From positions 1-64,000 of the forward strand of contig ADNK01001625.1 in NCBI GenBank assembly GCA_000320545.1: DNA of 64,000 nucleotides. The letters are read 5' to 3'. A program made the translations under genes and the position numbers. The DNA is from Bigelowiella natans CCMP2755. Taxonomy: Eukaryota; Protista; Cercozoa. This document shows, in pieces, positions 1 to 22,316 of the stretch. How positions within the stretch are numbered: the stretch's first letter is position 1; the number at the start of each line of letters is the position of its first letter. The notes under the pieces were generated by a model. It was not told where the DNA came from. It saw nothing but the letters and a program-made list of their open reading frames with translations, and searched no databases.

Positions 1-116
1 CCCTAACCCTAACCCTAACCCTAACCCTAACCCTAACCCTAACCCTAACCCTAACCCTAACCCTAACCCTAACCCTAACCCTAACCCTAACCCTAACCCT
101 AACCCTAACCCTAACC
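1..116. repeat. Telomeric repeat (CCCTAA)n = TTAGGG-type telomere, left chromosome end
   Basis: 19 perfect CCCTAA units plus CC from base 1, with an abrupt junction to unique sequence at 117. Confidence 0.99.
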
Positions 117-462
117 GTTGTTTCTAGCTCATCATGTTTGAAAGTTTTCATGCGTGACTTGGTGTGGCTTGCAGTTGAATTCTGCTTTACCCAGCTAGAT
201 CCAGAACTTGTCACCGGGGTTCTGCTTGTTGTGTCATGGCGCAAGCGCACTGTGAAGCAATGGAGTAGGTAGTTTGCACAGATGAAAACAAAAGCACCAA
301 TGATGCGAACTTGAATGATCGACACATGCATGCCGACGCGCGCACGCACACAGACAGCAAAGAAGAATGACAAGCGTCAACGACAGCCTTGCAGCAAAGC
401 TTGTGCACTGATAGACGACTAAATGATGTGACATGTGACTATCATGTGGCAGAAGAAAGCTT

Positions 463-2048
463 TCAAAGTTTGACCATAGTAGTTTCACATCGTTCGAATT
501 TGTGCCAGTGGATCAGGAATGGAAGGACAATTATCCAAAAGAGCAAATTGGAATTGCATTGAGCTCTTTGTTTTCTCATCCCAGTATTTCCTGCTATTGA
601 AAATTGAAATAAGTATCCTTTTGGACCAACTATTGACTGACATTTGGTGAAGCACATAGTAGAACTTACTTGAAGTTGGGAAAGTGAATAATTGAACAGA
701 GCAAACTGTTTCCTTTTTGCGGTCATTTCTTTCTCGATAAGGTTTTTCTCATTCTGGATAATGAATGATATTTCTTATCACACAGCAACATTCGATGATA
801 TTTTAAAATCTATCTTGTTATCTCTCTACTACATGTTTCGATTGATTTTCAAAGTAAACACCCGATAACTACTACATCACCTTCAGTTTTTGCAGCTCAA
901 CGGTCTGCTTTTCAATCCGTCTAGAAGCAATCACACAACATGTGGTTCAAAATTGAATATTATTTCTTCTTCGTCTTGTGATTTAATTAAGATAATATTA
1001 CCTTTTAGTTTCGGTTCGTGTTGGCAGTTGGTTGATGAGTTTCGCCAAAGCAACACATTCCTCACGATGTGCCCTGGGAAATTTTATTATTTTGATGTAT
1101 GATTTTCCTAAATACGTCGTCTATCCATAATTCCAAATGTTTTATTACTTTTCCATCCGTTCATGTTCCAGCTCGACTTTCAACTTCTCAATTTGCTCCT
1201 AAACAAAGAAACACTGAATGATTCAAACTTCAAAGCTCAATTCTAGCCTTTACCTGAGTTTTTACGATTTTGTTCTGAATAAAATTTTCATTCTCTTCAA
1301 AAGTTTTTGTTTCACAGGCCATGGTTTCTACAGCCACTTTAGCCTTTAAAAACAATTAACTCACGCCGATATCTTGAGACTGCAGAAGGTCATCATATAA
1401 ATTGAAGGAAATGGTGGATGTTGTGCCGTCGATTCTTATATACCTTCGACATCCTGTGCTCGTAAAGAGCTAACTCCTTTAGGAATTCATTGTAGACAGT
1501 GTCGCTACAAATGAAAATCACAAGTATTTAAATACACAATTTTTGAAGTTATCCGAATAATACCCACCATTGAACCTTTTGGCCTTTCGCCGACAAGAGC
1601 TCCGCAAAATCCTGAAACTTAGATACTAAATTTTCCAACGGACCTTCAGCAAGTTTTAGTTCGGCTTGTTTGACCTAGTTTGTATTAAGGACATGAGGAG
1701 GAATCGGTAACAACGTCTAAGATGGAAGTGGACAAATTTCGGCTGAAGATTTTCTCACCAAGACGCGATTTGTCCATATTTCATCTGAGAAGAATTATCA
1801 TTCAGAAGGGGCCGTCACTCCAAAACATGTAGAACAGCACGACGAATTCAATTAATTGCCCAATAAATTTTCTTACCGAAGGTTCTAACTTTTTTTGGTT
1901 TTGGTCCATCTTCATTGTTAGGGTTGCTCTCTTTCCTCTTTAAAGGTGTATTCTTCTTGGCGGTCTTAGCATCAGGACTGCTCTTCCTCTTCTTTGTTTT
2001 GCCACCCGTGCTACGAGTATCTTCGACATCCATCATTTTCTTCTTCAT
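463..2048 (-). CDS. THOC7: THO complex subunit 7-like protein, multi-exon; 3' boundary approximate
   Basis: Spliced translation gives a Lys-rich N-terminus, then DEIWTNRVL...VYNEFLKELALYEHRMSK...EQIEKLKVELEHERMEKSNK...KIINFPRAHREE...EMTAKRKQFALFNYSLSQLQ. This resembles THOC7 (DEVIRKRL...YQRMLSTLSQCEFSMGK...KLELRRKQFHVLLSTIHELQ). Short GT-AG introns. Confidence 0.6.
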
Positions 2049-2309
2049 AGTCCTCTGATATTGCAGATACTTCTGTCCCTGTCGTTACCGAGCTGTGATT
2101 TCTACTATCGATGCTCCTCCTCCGCTATTCGGACACACGGACGAGCGATTGAGGGTGATGGTTGGAGCGGAGGGACGTGAGTTGTATCCGATAGTATCGG
2201 GTAATAACAAGCTAGTATCGAACTAAAGAAAAAGAGAGTGACGACAAGCTAGATCTAGTCTAGTAACAACGAATCCCCGTCCGTCATCATTCATCAGTGT
2301 TGTTACATC

Positions 2310-4061
2310 ATGTCAGGATGTCAGGAGAACAATCGTAGATCTAGGGAAGAAGAAACAAAGAAGAAAGAAAGAAGAAAGAAGAAGCTCACAACAATCACAA
2401 TGGCCTCCTCTCCCTCTTTCAAAGAACTGCATCATTATTAACAACCTTGAACATCTTTGGAGAGAGTACCAGCATGACAACAAGAATTCTCCAGGCTGCA
2501 AGGATTATCGCTAATGAAGGGAAGAATGAGGCGGTACTATAAAACCCCACACCGTATTCTATTCTTTAGCCTCAAGTTAACCCAACTACCGTAACGAAGG
2601 TCTTATCGGAGGCAAAAAAGGAGACAAATTTTAGCATGGAAGTGAGACTCTATCCTGTAATATATTTATGAAATAATTGATGAAACTATGGACGTATTGT
2701 TTAGCAAAGGAAGGAAGACAGTGATGAGAGGGAGAAGACCCTGGAGGTATTCCAGAATAATGCCAAGATGCCCATAGGTGATAACTTTGTCAGCATAATA
2801 GAAAGAGCATTATGTTTTTCCTGATTAATATAATAATCATCAGGATCTGCAATGACCTTTGTGATGCATATGTACCGCGCAGAAGTAGGAAAGCTTGCTG
2901 TATACCGAACAAGGTTCTATATCCGTTGTAGTCACATCATATTTTCATCTTCATCTCGGTTTTCGTGAATAAAAATGACGAGACATAAGTGTTAATAAAT
3001 TCTGTAGTATTCTTAAGTTTATCGGTGCAATTTCTTGCAATGAAGGGATTCATAAAACATCCATATTGAACATCGATCTTTGTCATTGCCAATCTCACAC
3101 CGCAAGACTGGACGCTCCTACAAGTTGGGCTCTGACAGTCTTTTCACTCGGGCTGAGTATACTATTCACAACAAGCCAAAGTGTGTAGTCGTAGTTGTTG
3201 TAATAGTAGTATTAGTAGTAGTATATAGGATTTATTGCTCACAAGCCAAAGTATATAGCAACCTTCGTAATAGTGGGTAGTATGGATTTATCACTACTAC
3301 TGCTACAACTACTATTGCATCAGAATATATTTGGCACGATGAAAACCCACATCATAATTACCGGCGTCAAAACAATCCTTTTATAGTTTCCAGAACCGAG
3401 GGTTATGCGCTTGCTAGAGTTTCGTTAGTACTACACACATGCATACTTACGCGACTATAACCATGATCTTATTGTTCGTAAAAAAATTATCGGATAATAA
3501 GGCAACGCGATTGTTCCTCTCCTTGTTATCGTTCTTATCTTCTTCAACCTTTTAGAGGTACTGGTACAAGTGGTATTTGTAGTGGTGGTAGTACTACTAG
3601 TAGTTGTTGTGTGATTGCACTGATATCGTTTCCTCTCGTTTAAAGAAAACAGGAAAATTATGCAAATTACATACATTCAAAACAATTCATATCCCATAGT
3701 TGATTAGTTATTACTTTTTATGTTCCTTGGAAATTTTGGTAGGTAGAGGTAGATAATGTTATGGTGGTTGGAAAATTAGGCACGTAGATACCGTGTGTTC
3801 AGAACCACACACTATCGTACGAGACTCTTGGAACGCGGTTTCTATGCTGAAGTTCTCGGTACGTGCTATGTAAGATGATGAACGACGATTTTACAATGAT
3901 GAGATAATGTGTCTAAAGGATTCGAGTACGAAAAGGGATGGCTGAAGAAGTTACATACCACTCTGATGGAAGAAGGCTTTCCAGTAACAAAAAACTAATA
4001 TACAGTATAGAAATTATACACAAATTGTTATGATTATACTGAAGTGATATAGAGAATATGT

Positions 4062-4104
<43 letters not shown>

Positions 4105-4809
4105 AGCATATATTTTTGTTTCATCCTTGATCATCTTACGATGGCGGCTGCTGCTGCTTTATTTCTGTTACTGGCGTTATGGTAGGTGACTAGATTCGAG
4201 GCATTTTGTAATCGAGCGTATCGTTCATACGCTGTATTATTACAACAATAACATTTGAATTTTCATTCTGAATACGAAACGTCAATCTGTATTTAACACA
4301 AATGGTTTTTCTCACATGATGTTGTAAAACTAAGTTTGTAATTCTATCCACAGACAATGATGGTAATTGCCATTGTTGCCTGGATAATAAGAATTGAAGG
4401 AGATAGCGAAATAACTTGGAAATCAAATGTGAGTGAAAAGTGGTGCAGTTTCAATGTTTCAATGAATCAAGATTAGATTTGTGTTTCCTTTCCCTTCTGA
4501 AAAGGCCGTTGCATTTGCTTTGACAACAACCGTTGTTCTCGTGGTGTGTATTGCTGCATACCTATACAGGTAGGATTAAGTCATATATACATTAAAAAAG
4601 TCAATTAGATGACATCAAAATTAAAACCAATTCTACGGAACAGTGGACGGTTTGCCTTATCTAGTGATTTTATCGACCACAACAATGCATACGACTTGTT
4701 CGCTTCAAAAACATTTGTCTACCCGTTTGTCTTTTTTTTAGGGGTGAACAAATCTATTAGTGTGAACGGTAGGAATACAGATTCACATTCAAAATTTGGA
4801 GATAGATGA
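2310..4809 (+). CDS. DUF2270-family predicted integral membrane protein, multi-exon; ends approximate
   Basis: Exons encode MHMYRAEVGKLAVYRTR-LDAPTSWALT (~2865-3140) and ARRYRVFRTTHYRTRLLERGFYAEVL (~3780-3858). These match the DUF2270 motifs HxYRGE...WRxRLDxTTNWA and EARRYR...RxRxxExxF. Confidence 0.7.
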
Positions 4810-4829
4810 TTATATCAAGTCACTAAACT

Positions 4830-5835
4830 GCATAGGCACTGTGATGCTGTGTGTGGGTGTCCGCCTAGACGAGAACTCCAATCAGTTTCTGATGCATCTT
4901 AGCTAGTTGTTGCAAAAACGGCACGCATGAGCAACAAATATTTAATCATTGCATGTGACTTCTACCCCGCACCTATCACGTATCGGCGAATTCAGCGTCG
5001 TAGTTGGATAATGCACTCTGTAGCATGCTGCAGTCAATGTCGACTGTGACTGCATTCCCATCCAGCCATGATCTAGTGATTACTAGATTAGCTACACTAG
5101 TACACTATTAGATTTTGTGCGTGGTCAGCTAGCTAGCTAGCGTCATGCTAGCATGGTCATAGTGGTGGACGGCTAATCATGATCACTACTTCTAGACTAG
5201 ATCTAGTGATTGGTGCAAATGTCTAGATGATCGATGTCAATGCAAAAGACTTTGAATTCTGTTTTGTTTCTTCTGGTCTTGTCAACTTGTTCTAGCTAGT
5301 GTTGCTAACATGCATGCTAGCATGTGCACGTTGGATCCCGCTAGCCCGGCGCATTGACTAGTTGACGAAACTCCTGGAATCTTCTGGAATGTTCTCGAAG
5401 ATTCTCGAACCTTCTCAGAAGTCCGGAGAACTTCTGCACGACATGCATATACGCGCCATGCTAGCATGCGCGTCACACGCTAGCACGCAATGGTGCAAAC
5501 GCTGGCGGCCTTTGCGTGAGCGACTATAAACTCGCAATCGGCCACGCATGTCGCGCTCATCAACGCAACTAGCTTGTGCATCATTTGTTAGCTCTTGCCC
5601 AGCATTTACATGCATATTTTGTGCTTTATGTTCTAGCATGAGCACTGCCTAGCTGCATTGCTTGCACTACTAGATTAGTGCATCACGGAAACATGCAAAA
5701 AATTTCACACATGTACACCAAACTTACAGGCTGTGCAGCATATCTTTGTTCTTAGAACTTAAATAAATCAACATTCTTCATCATTGAAGGGCATGGTGGT
5801 GTCCATTTAACAGGTCATCTAGTCACAGCTAGACA
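4830..5835. other. Intergenic island with dense NNNN-CTAG-NNNN scars and reduced TpA
   Basis: Examples: tgat-CTAG-tgat 5069-5080, atta-CTAG-atta 5079-5090, taca-CTAG-taca 5093-5104, cccg-CTAG-cccg 5337-5348, ttga-CTAG-ttga 5354-5365. Confidence 0.9.
5366..5415. promoter_or_regulatory. Heat-shock-element-like array of alternating nGAAn/nTTCn pentamers
   Basis: cGAAa cTCCt gGAAt cTTCt gGAAt gTTCt cGAAg aTTCt cGAAc cTTCt: 9 of 10 pentamers are perfect. Function is not shown. Confidence 0.45.
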
Positions 5836-5926
5836 GGCTGTGCAGCATAGCTTTGTTCTTAAAACTTAAATAAATCAACATTCTTCATCATTGAAGGGCA
5901 TGGTGGTGTCCATTTAACAGGTCATC
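5726..5926. repeat. ~94-bp direct duplication of the POLD4 3' end
   Basis: 5726-5819 and 5833-5926 are near identical and separated by a 13-bp spacer. Confidence 0.9.
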
Positions 5927-6860
5927 CCATGCAGCATTCTCATTGCCATGACCACATTTAATGAGTTGCAGAATGTCCTGAGGAGGATTTAATCCATGCT
6001 TTTTAGCTCGCTCCCACCTTTCTAGTCGTGTCAATCCCATACATGGTCCAAAATCGGCATTCATGTCAAACGTCTTCAACCGAGCCTCCACATCTATTAG
6101 GATTGGAAGCACAGAAACACTATCAAGCAACATGTAAGAGTATGAGCGAAAACAACGCTGTAAACGTATGTGTAAGGACACCTCTCAATTTAAGTGGTCA
6201 TAAATCTTTCTATATTTCATCCTCCCCCCGTCTCGAAGTAATCAGATCATTTTCGACCCTACACCTGGTTTGATAATCTTTGCCACGGATTTCTTCACTT
6301 TTGGTCCTACGATGTTGCGACCTTTTACACCATCCCCGATTTTGACACAACTCAATTTATTTTTTCCCGCCTTCTCAATTGAAATTTCTGACACAGATCA
6401 AATGTTAATCCGATCATCAATAGAAGCACATATAAGCTTCCTTCTTCTCGTCCTCGCCTCAAAAGACGTAGGACAATCCTCACTGTGTGGTCAACGAAGG
6501 TATTTTTGCTTGTAAGACGTGCAAATAGACGACCATAAACAACATTAACACAAACGAGCGCGTGTTTATTACACATGTGTGTACGTACATGGAATCTCGA
6601 GTATTATGAATGCGAATGTGTGCGAATGTGTGCGAATGTGTGCGAATGTGTGCGAATGTGTGTAATTACGTTGACCTGGTTTCAAATTCCTTTTTGGAGC
6701 GATGTCCTTCTTGTTCTTGAAACCGTACGCGGAGAGACTACCCTGGCGTACCATTCTACGCAGAGCTTTTTGTTCTGATTCATTTTGCATCTTTAAACGT
6801 TCTCGAGATTGGGATGGGGTAAGACAGGTAAGGGTAAGAGCTTCTGCCTCTTCTGCACGA
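5888..6860 (-). CDS. POLD4: DNA polymerase delta subunit 4 (p12) with N-terminal extension; 5' end uncertain
   Basis: The last exon encodes LKTFDMNADFGPCMGLTRLERWERAKKHGLNPPQDI, the POLD4 signature FD...GPC.G.TRL.RW.RA...GL.PP. Upstream Lys-rich exons lie at ~6200-6510 and ~6680-6860. Confidence 0.85.
6611..6662. repeat. Intronic 10-bp minisatellite (TGCGAATGTG)x5
   Basis: Five perfect tandem units. Confidence 0.95.
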
Positions 6861-7880
6861 TGATGAAATCAAGGAAAGGAAGATGATAAACTCTGTCGCA
6901 AAGATTAAATCCTTGCTATTTATGAAAGAATACTAGAGATCTTCTTTGTCTCTATGCAATTTTGCAAGACAATTCGAGAGTTCAAGGGATTCCATGTTTC
7001 CATCCAGAATTCATTGTCGTCCTGTATGTTTTCCAGTGAATTTTCCTTGTAAAGTAATACGTGGCAGTCCCAGATTTTAGCTCCATATCCGTTGAGATCC
7101 ACACGAAAAATTATTGAGTTGTTGGGTGTCAGATTTGATTTCGGTGCTTTTTAGGTAATTTGAGGTTTTGAATATCCAACGGCTACGGACATAAGTCAGA
7201 TTATAAAGCAAAAATTATCTATACAAGAGTCTCAAATACAGGCTAATAATTGATGACAAAGAACAAAGTGTGTGCCTTACAGCAAATTTTCTTTGAAAAA
7301 TCAATTGAAAAAAATCATTAATATGCATCTCGGTTTGCAGGCCTTCAACAAAAAAGGCTACTTTAACGACAGATAAAAACTGTAATTCGTTGTCGGAATG
7401 ATAATATGCAATCCCTTTACTACATTTCTCGCATGAGAAAGTCTGTTCAGTATGTTGGAAAACAGAAGGTTGATTCTTGGTATGAAAATCAAAATATACT
7501 AAAAAGGAAACTCAAATATTTGACGAAAGAATGAAGAATGGATAAGATAAGTTCTTTACGACAACAAGGACGAGATGCTTTAGCACTTAAATGCAAACAT
7601 TTATTTCGTGTTTCTTTGAAATTTGATCTAAGTGTCAAAATACGAAAGTGGGTCACCTGTCACAACACTCTCTCCCCCTCTCATCCTTTGTTGGGCCTAC
7701 GGTTCAATTTCATCAGCTTTTCTGAAATTGTTTCGATGATTGAAATCATTTATTATTAACCTTGATGCTGTATTATTATTACATCTCAATATTATTATTT
7801 ATGAGCTGAGTTGTTATTATGAACCTTCTTTCCCTCCTAGATAATTCATCCTCTTCAGTTCCAGGTCCCAGGTCCCAGCA

Positions 7881-10186
7881 ATGTCACTTCGCAGCAGGGT
7901 AATCATATCTCGATTAGATTTGGAATTTTAATCCACTTTATTGAGAGTGGATAATTGTTAGAACGCTACCACCGTCTTCGACGAGAACACTGCCAATGCA
8001 AAACGCTCCCGCTACGCAACTCGTAGCAAAACAGGAAAGCTTGGATCCAGATCGCAAACATCTCGTCGTGCACTAGGAGATATCTCCAACGCAAGGAACG
8101 ACTGGAAAGCAGAAAAAGGACTAAAGAAGGTTGATATCATTTGACCATGTTGCACCGTTATACTCCTTCATTTTATGAAAACACTACTTTCGATTTTTCA
8201 GATTTTCACATTAGTATTAAACATCAGAGTACTGTGGGCGGCGATTCCCGCAAAGCAGCAAGACCATTGGCTTCTCGAGGAGCTAGAATCACTCGAGCTG
8301 CCAAAAAAATTTCCGCTCATCAAGCTACTAATGCGCAGAAGAAGCAACAACCGGAGTGCAGCCGCCTCCAAGATAGCATCAAGGGAATGACTGATCTTCA
8401 CCTTTCTTCTGCGATGGAGATCGAAGAAGATGAGAAAACAACGTAAAAAACTTACGATTATATGCATTTTGTCTAACATATCGAGTGAACTAAAACCAAC
8501 TATTTTTTTTTACTATACAGCTTATGTTCTGTCGACCTCCGCAACTTGTCAAACCCTCAAATGTGTGTCGAGTACATTCATGAAATCATGCAGTACCTTA
8601 AGAGCATTGAGATGAAGTTTCGAGCTACTCCAAGATACATGCAGAAGCAACGGGATATCAACAGTAATTCCTTCGATTGAAAATTAATCCTTTTGGATCT
8701 CTTCTTACGGCAAATTTTGTAGGTCGTATGCGCGAAATCCTGATCGATTGGTTGAATGAAGTCCATCTCAAATTTAAGGTAATTCAGCAATATTCACACA
8801 ATTTTCCCAAAACTTGAAAAAAAAAAGTAAATGATTTTCCTATATTCTAAATATAGAGCGTGAAGTATACTCACACACATACACACACACACACATAAAT
8901 ATAATATTATATACCAGAACTCAAATTTTGTCAGCATACATGTATATTAAATATTGTGCATTATTCTCAAATGCCTTTAACGTTGCCACCGTAACATCCC
9001 ATGGTTATTTAACATCCCTTGATAATTTTTGAGTTACATTTCTTCTATCTCCATTTTATTATCATTCAGCTTCGAATCGAGACTTTGTACCTGACGATCA
9101 ATCTTATCGACCGATTCCTCTCTAAGCGAGCTGTTTCCCGGCAAAGGCTACAACTTGTTGGTTGTACAGCAATGCTTATTGCTTCAAAATATGAAGAAAT
9201 CTATGCTCCAGAAGTCCGCGACTTTGTCTACATCTCTGATAAGGCATACACGCCCGAAGAAATTCTTGTGGTAAGTATCATCCTCGATCTTGAATCCTGT
9301 TAATAACAATTTTTGTTCAAGAATAATGCCACCCAATCTTCAGAGTAATAAATCCTTCTTTGGATTTGCTTTTGTACATAATAGATGGAGTCTGCTATGC
9401 TCAGTGCTCTTAAATTCGACCTCACTGTGGCATACCCACTTCGTTTTCTGGAAAGATACATCCAGCTATGTGATAAAGACAAGATCTTCGGACACTTGGC
9501 AAACTTTCTTACCGAAATGACGCTCCAAAAGATTGACTTTTTGAACTTTGCACCTTCAATGGTAGTTGTCATAATAATAAGACACTAAGTGTGTATGTTT
9601 AACACTAACATGCAAGATGTATCTCTCATTATTTCTATAATTGCCCTTCATTAATGGATCAGATCGCTGCTTCAGCAATTTCTTTTGCTCGGCTTTTCAG
9701 AGGGATGGAAGATTGGAAGTAATGCATAAGAGTATACATCTGCCATTCAGCACAAAATAATGAAAACAATTTTGACATTGGTACAGTGCTCTTTTGGAAA
9801 AAGAATCCGGCTATTCACGAGAACAACTCAATTCATGCAAGGCAGAGATGATGAAACTTTTGCTTGATCAAAGGTCATATCAAGTGTTGTCTTTTGCTTT
9901 TCTTGCTCAAACTTATTTTATCAACGTGATTTGTTTTCACATAAATAGGCCAAAGTATATCGCGGTTAGGAAAAAGTACAACACCGAAAAATATGGAGAG
10001 GTATTCGAATTCTATCGCAGATGTATTGTATGGAATGTTAGAAACAATATTTTAGTCGTGAAGCTTTCAGGGGAAGTCACAAATTTGTACTATCAAATTC
10101 GTTGTCCCTGTGTTGATGTGCCGATGCTAATTCCGTAGGTTGCCGATTTTGCCCTCAAAAAGGCTATTGAGTGCGAAGACTTTTAG
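7881..10186 (+). CDS. Mitotic B-type cyclin, multi-exon
   Basis: ATG at 7881; destruction box RRALGDISN; cyclin box MREILIDWLNEVHLKFK/LRIETLYLTINLIDRFL...LQLVGCTAMLIASKYEEIYAPEVRDFVYISDKAY; last exon VADFALKKAIECEDF*, stop at 10184-10186. Confidence 0.92.
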
Positions 10187-10394
10187 GAAAAGTGTTACGC
10201 GATTTGCAATGTCAAAAGCCATTGCAAAGAAAATAAGAAAATAGATATCACTTAATGGAGTCAATATCTTCAGAACAATCAATAATCTACATGCTCCTGG
10301 AGAATCTGCATAAATACTTATTACAGTCAGCATAGTTGTAGAGGTTACATCCCAACTCAAATTGTCTCTATGCTCAACATACGACAAAATTCAG

Positions 10395-11030
10395 TAGCCG
10401 CGCGTGCAATTCCATGCTGCATGAAATTTCTATAGGCATCTAGCTAGCTAGGCATGGTAGCATGCGTGTGGACATCTAGCTAGCTAGACATCGCACATTT
10501 CTAGACTTCTAGACCTGCTAGGCAGCTGGGCTAGACTAGTTAGCTAGCTAGCTAGTACCAGCTAGCCAGAGTAGTAGAGAGTCGTAGTAACCTAGGTAAC
10601 AGCTAGCTAGTAGTGCTGAGAGTGCCAGTAAAATCGAGTGACGACCAATTTTCGGTGCACGCTGTCTACGCGCGCGCACAATTGCATCCGTGCAATAAAC
10701 TGCAAAAAAGAACCGCTTTCAAAAAAGTGCACTTCTAGACTTCTCTAGTTCTTGACTTGCTAGCTAGCTGCTAGCTTGTGAGCACGCATCAGCCCATGCG
10801 ATCCACTACAAGCCACAGCTACGACGACGCCGTCATCGCGAACAGCAACATGCACGCTCTAGCACTGCGCACGCTGGCTAGTAGAGCATGATCCAATGCT
10901 AGAATGAACCCACGATGTGCGACTGAAATTCAAACATTTCACAGCATGTGAAAATTTCGACACAGATCGAGATATCGAGATCAGTCTAGCAGTACGCGTT
11001 TCGCTCTAGCTGCTAGCGCTGCAGATTCAC
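10395..11030. other. Intergenic island with CTAG scars and reduced TpA
   Basis: gcat-(CTAG)3-gcat 10436-10455, acat-(CTAG)3-acat 10472-10491, plus ccag, actt, ttct, aatg and cagt duplications around CTAG. Confidence 0.9.
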
Positions 11031-11199
11031 GCTTCAAGCTTGAAATTTTGGCTGCATATTTTTCTTTTCAGCATCCACCTACAGAAAGAAATCATTTTGA
11101 TGGAAAAGACAAAGAGAAAATGGAGAGGGAAGTCAGGGACAGTGAAGCTGGCAAACACTGGATGCGAAATCCAAATCACAAAATAAATATTGTCGTCAT

Positions 11200-20400
<9,201 letters not shown>

Positions 20401-20715
20401 TTCACACTGATTCTTAGCATATCTATCGGAGCGATAAATGCGAATCTATGAGAAGCATCATCGTCACCACCATCGTCATTCTTCTTACATTGCTGTTACA
20501 CCCAATCTTCTTTCCTCACCTCTGCTTAGGCAGAAAAGAATGCAGATACTTTGAAGGATCTTCAGATAAAACAACACGAACTTGAGCAGGTCACAGTAGT
20601 GTGTAGCAACGAACATGTGCCGCTGCTTTAGTTTAAAAGGGAGAGAGAAGAGAAAGCAAGAACGGGATTAAAAGGAAGAAGAAGAAGAAGAAAGAGGAAG
20701 GGCATCATGCCTAGA

Positions 20716-20909
20716 TGGATGAAAGAGAGAAATTTGTTTCATGCGTACTATAACTATTAATTCTGATGCTGCTACTACCGCTGCTTCTCCATTGATGTTG
20801 TGCTACTGTATATAATACAACAGAAGAAAAAACAGAAAGCGAAGCTGGAATCACAAATTCGCTCGGTAATAAGTCGGTGGTCACAGAAAGGAGGAACGAG
20901 CGCCGTGAT

Positions 20910-20954
<45 letters not shown>

Positions 20955-22145
20955 ATTCTCATCATTGTGACTACTAATGGTAAAGGGTAATGCATCCTCC
21001 ATAGGTATGGAAACTGAAGGAGTCACAGCGTGTGTTGGACAAGCAATACATGCACAAGAAAGGTAATCACAAACAAACAAAAAACATTGGTGTTTACGCA
21101 ATACTAACTTTGACGGTGTGCATGATCACCATAAGTCTGCAGCAACATGTAGTCAACTTTTTACACAGCAGCAGTAGCTAGATCTGTGCTCCCTGTCGCA
21201 CTTTGTTGCTTGTTTTAAAATCTAACGGATGGTGCATCATGTGTACAATATATTGATGTTGCTTCTGGGCAGCCAAATTAGATCAAATGGAACACAATAT
21301 CCGTTCAATAGAAGGCGGAATTCGCATGTTTGAAGGAGAACTCAAAGTAGTAGTACCAATCTAGTCGTCATCAATTTTCGTCATTATAGAAGTTTTACAT
21401 TATTTGAGGGACATTTGTTGAATAATTTCAGTGGTTTTATACTTCTCTAGGAGGTGGAAATTTATTGATGTAGAGAGATTGTTGAATAATTTCAGTGGTT
21501 TTATACTTCTCTAGGAGGTGGAAATTTATTGATGTAGAGAGAACAAAGAAAAGATATTTGGATCATGATTATTTGCCTACCTCTTCTTCTTCACATGTCT
21601 TGATGATGATGAGGATGCAGAGTGATGTTTGATGGTGGTGGTCCAAAATGTATGAATGTACGTACAACATCAGGCTATAAGTGCATTGTCTGCTGAAGAA
21701 AGGCGGAAGATAGCATCTCCAAGGGAAATTAAGGAGCTTCAGCTTCGACTGGCAAAGCTAGTAAACACTACTACTTGATCAACTTCTTTATTCTCGTCCG
21801 TTCCTCTCCTCTCCTCCCCCCCTTTTTATTTCGATGCTCTATGTTTTATACCATCACACAAAAATATGGAGAATGAGTAGCATTTTGTTAAATATAAGAC
21901 CAAAAGACGCCAAAAGGTGGTGCTTGAACGCGATGCGTACGCAAAGAAGGTCAAACATGTTAATACTGAAGAAGAAGAAGAAGAAGGATTGGAGAATGCA
22001 TCTCATTTTCTCATTTTTGCCTCTCTCTCTCTCTAATTCCTATGGTCTTCTCTCTGTGCATTTTAACGTGTTGTTTGAAGGTGAATGCAGTGCAAGAAAA
22101 AGTTGAGGATACATCAAAGGTGCTTATTACCCACTGATATTAGCG

Positions 22146-22176
<31 letters not shown>

Positions 22177-22280
22177 CTACGAGATAAAAATGATGATGAA
22201 GAAATAAAAGGGAGAGGGTCGCTGCTGCAACTGTTCAATAAGAGATCGATGACACTGTCTTCGAATTCTCTCTCTCTCTC

Positions 22281-22316
<36 letters not shown>

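Noticed and set aside
6611-6662. CRISPR-like array
   Set aside because: Tandem 10-mers with no spacers, in a eukaryotic intron.
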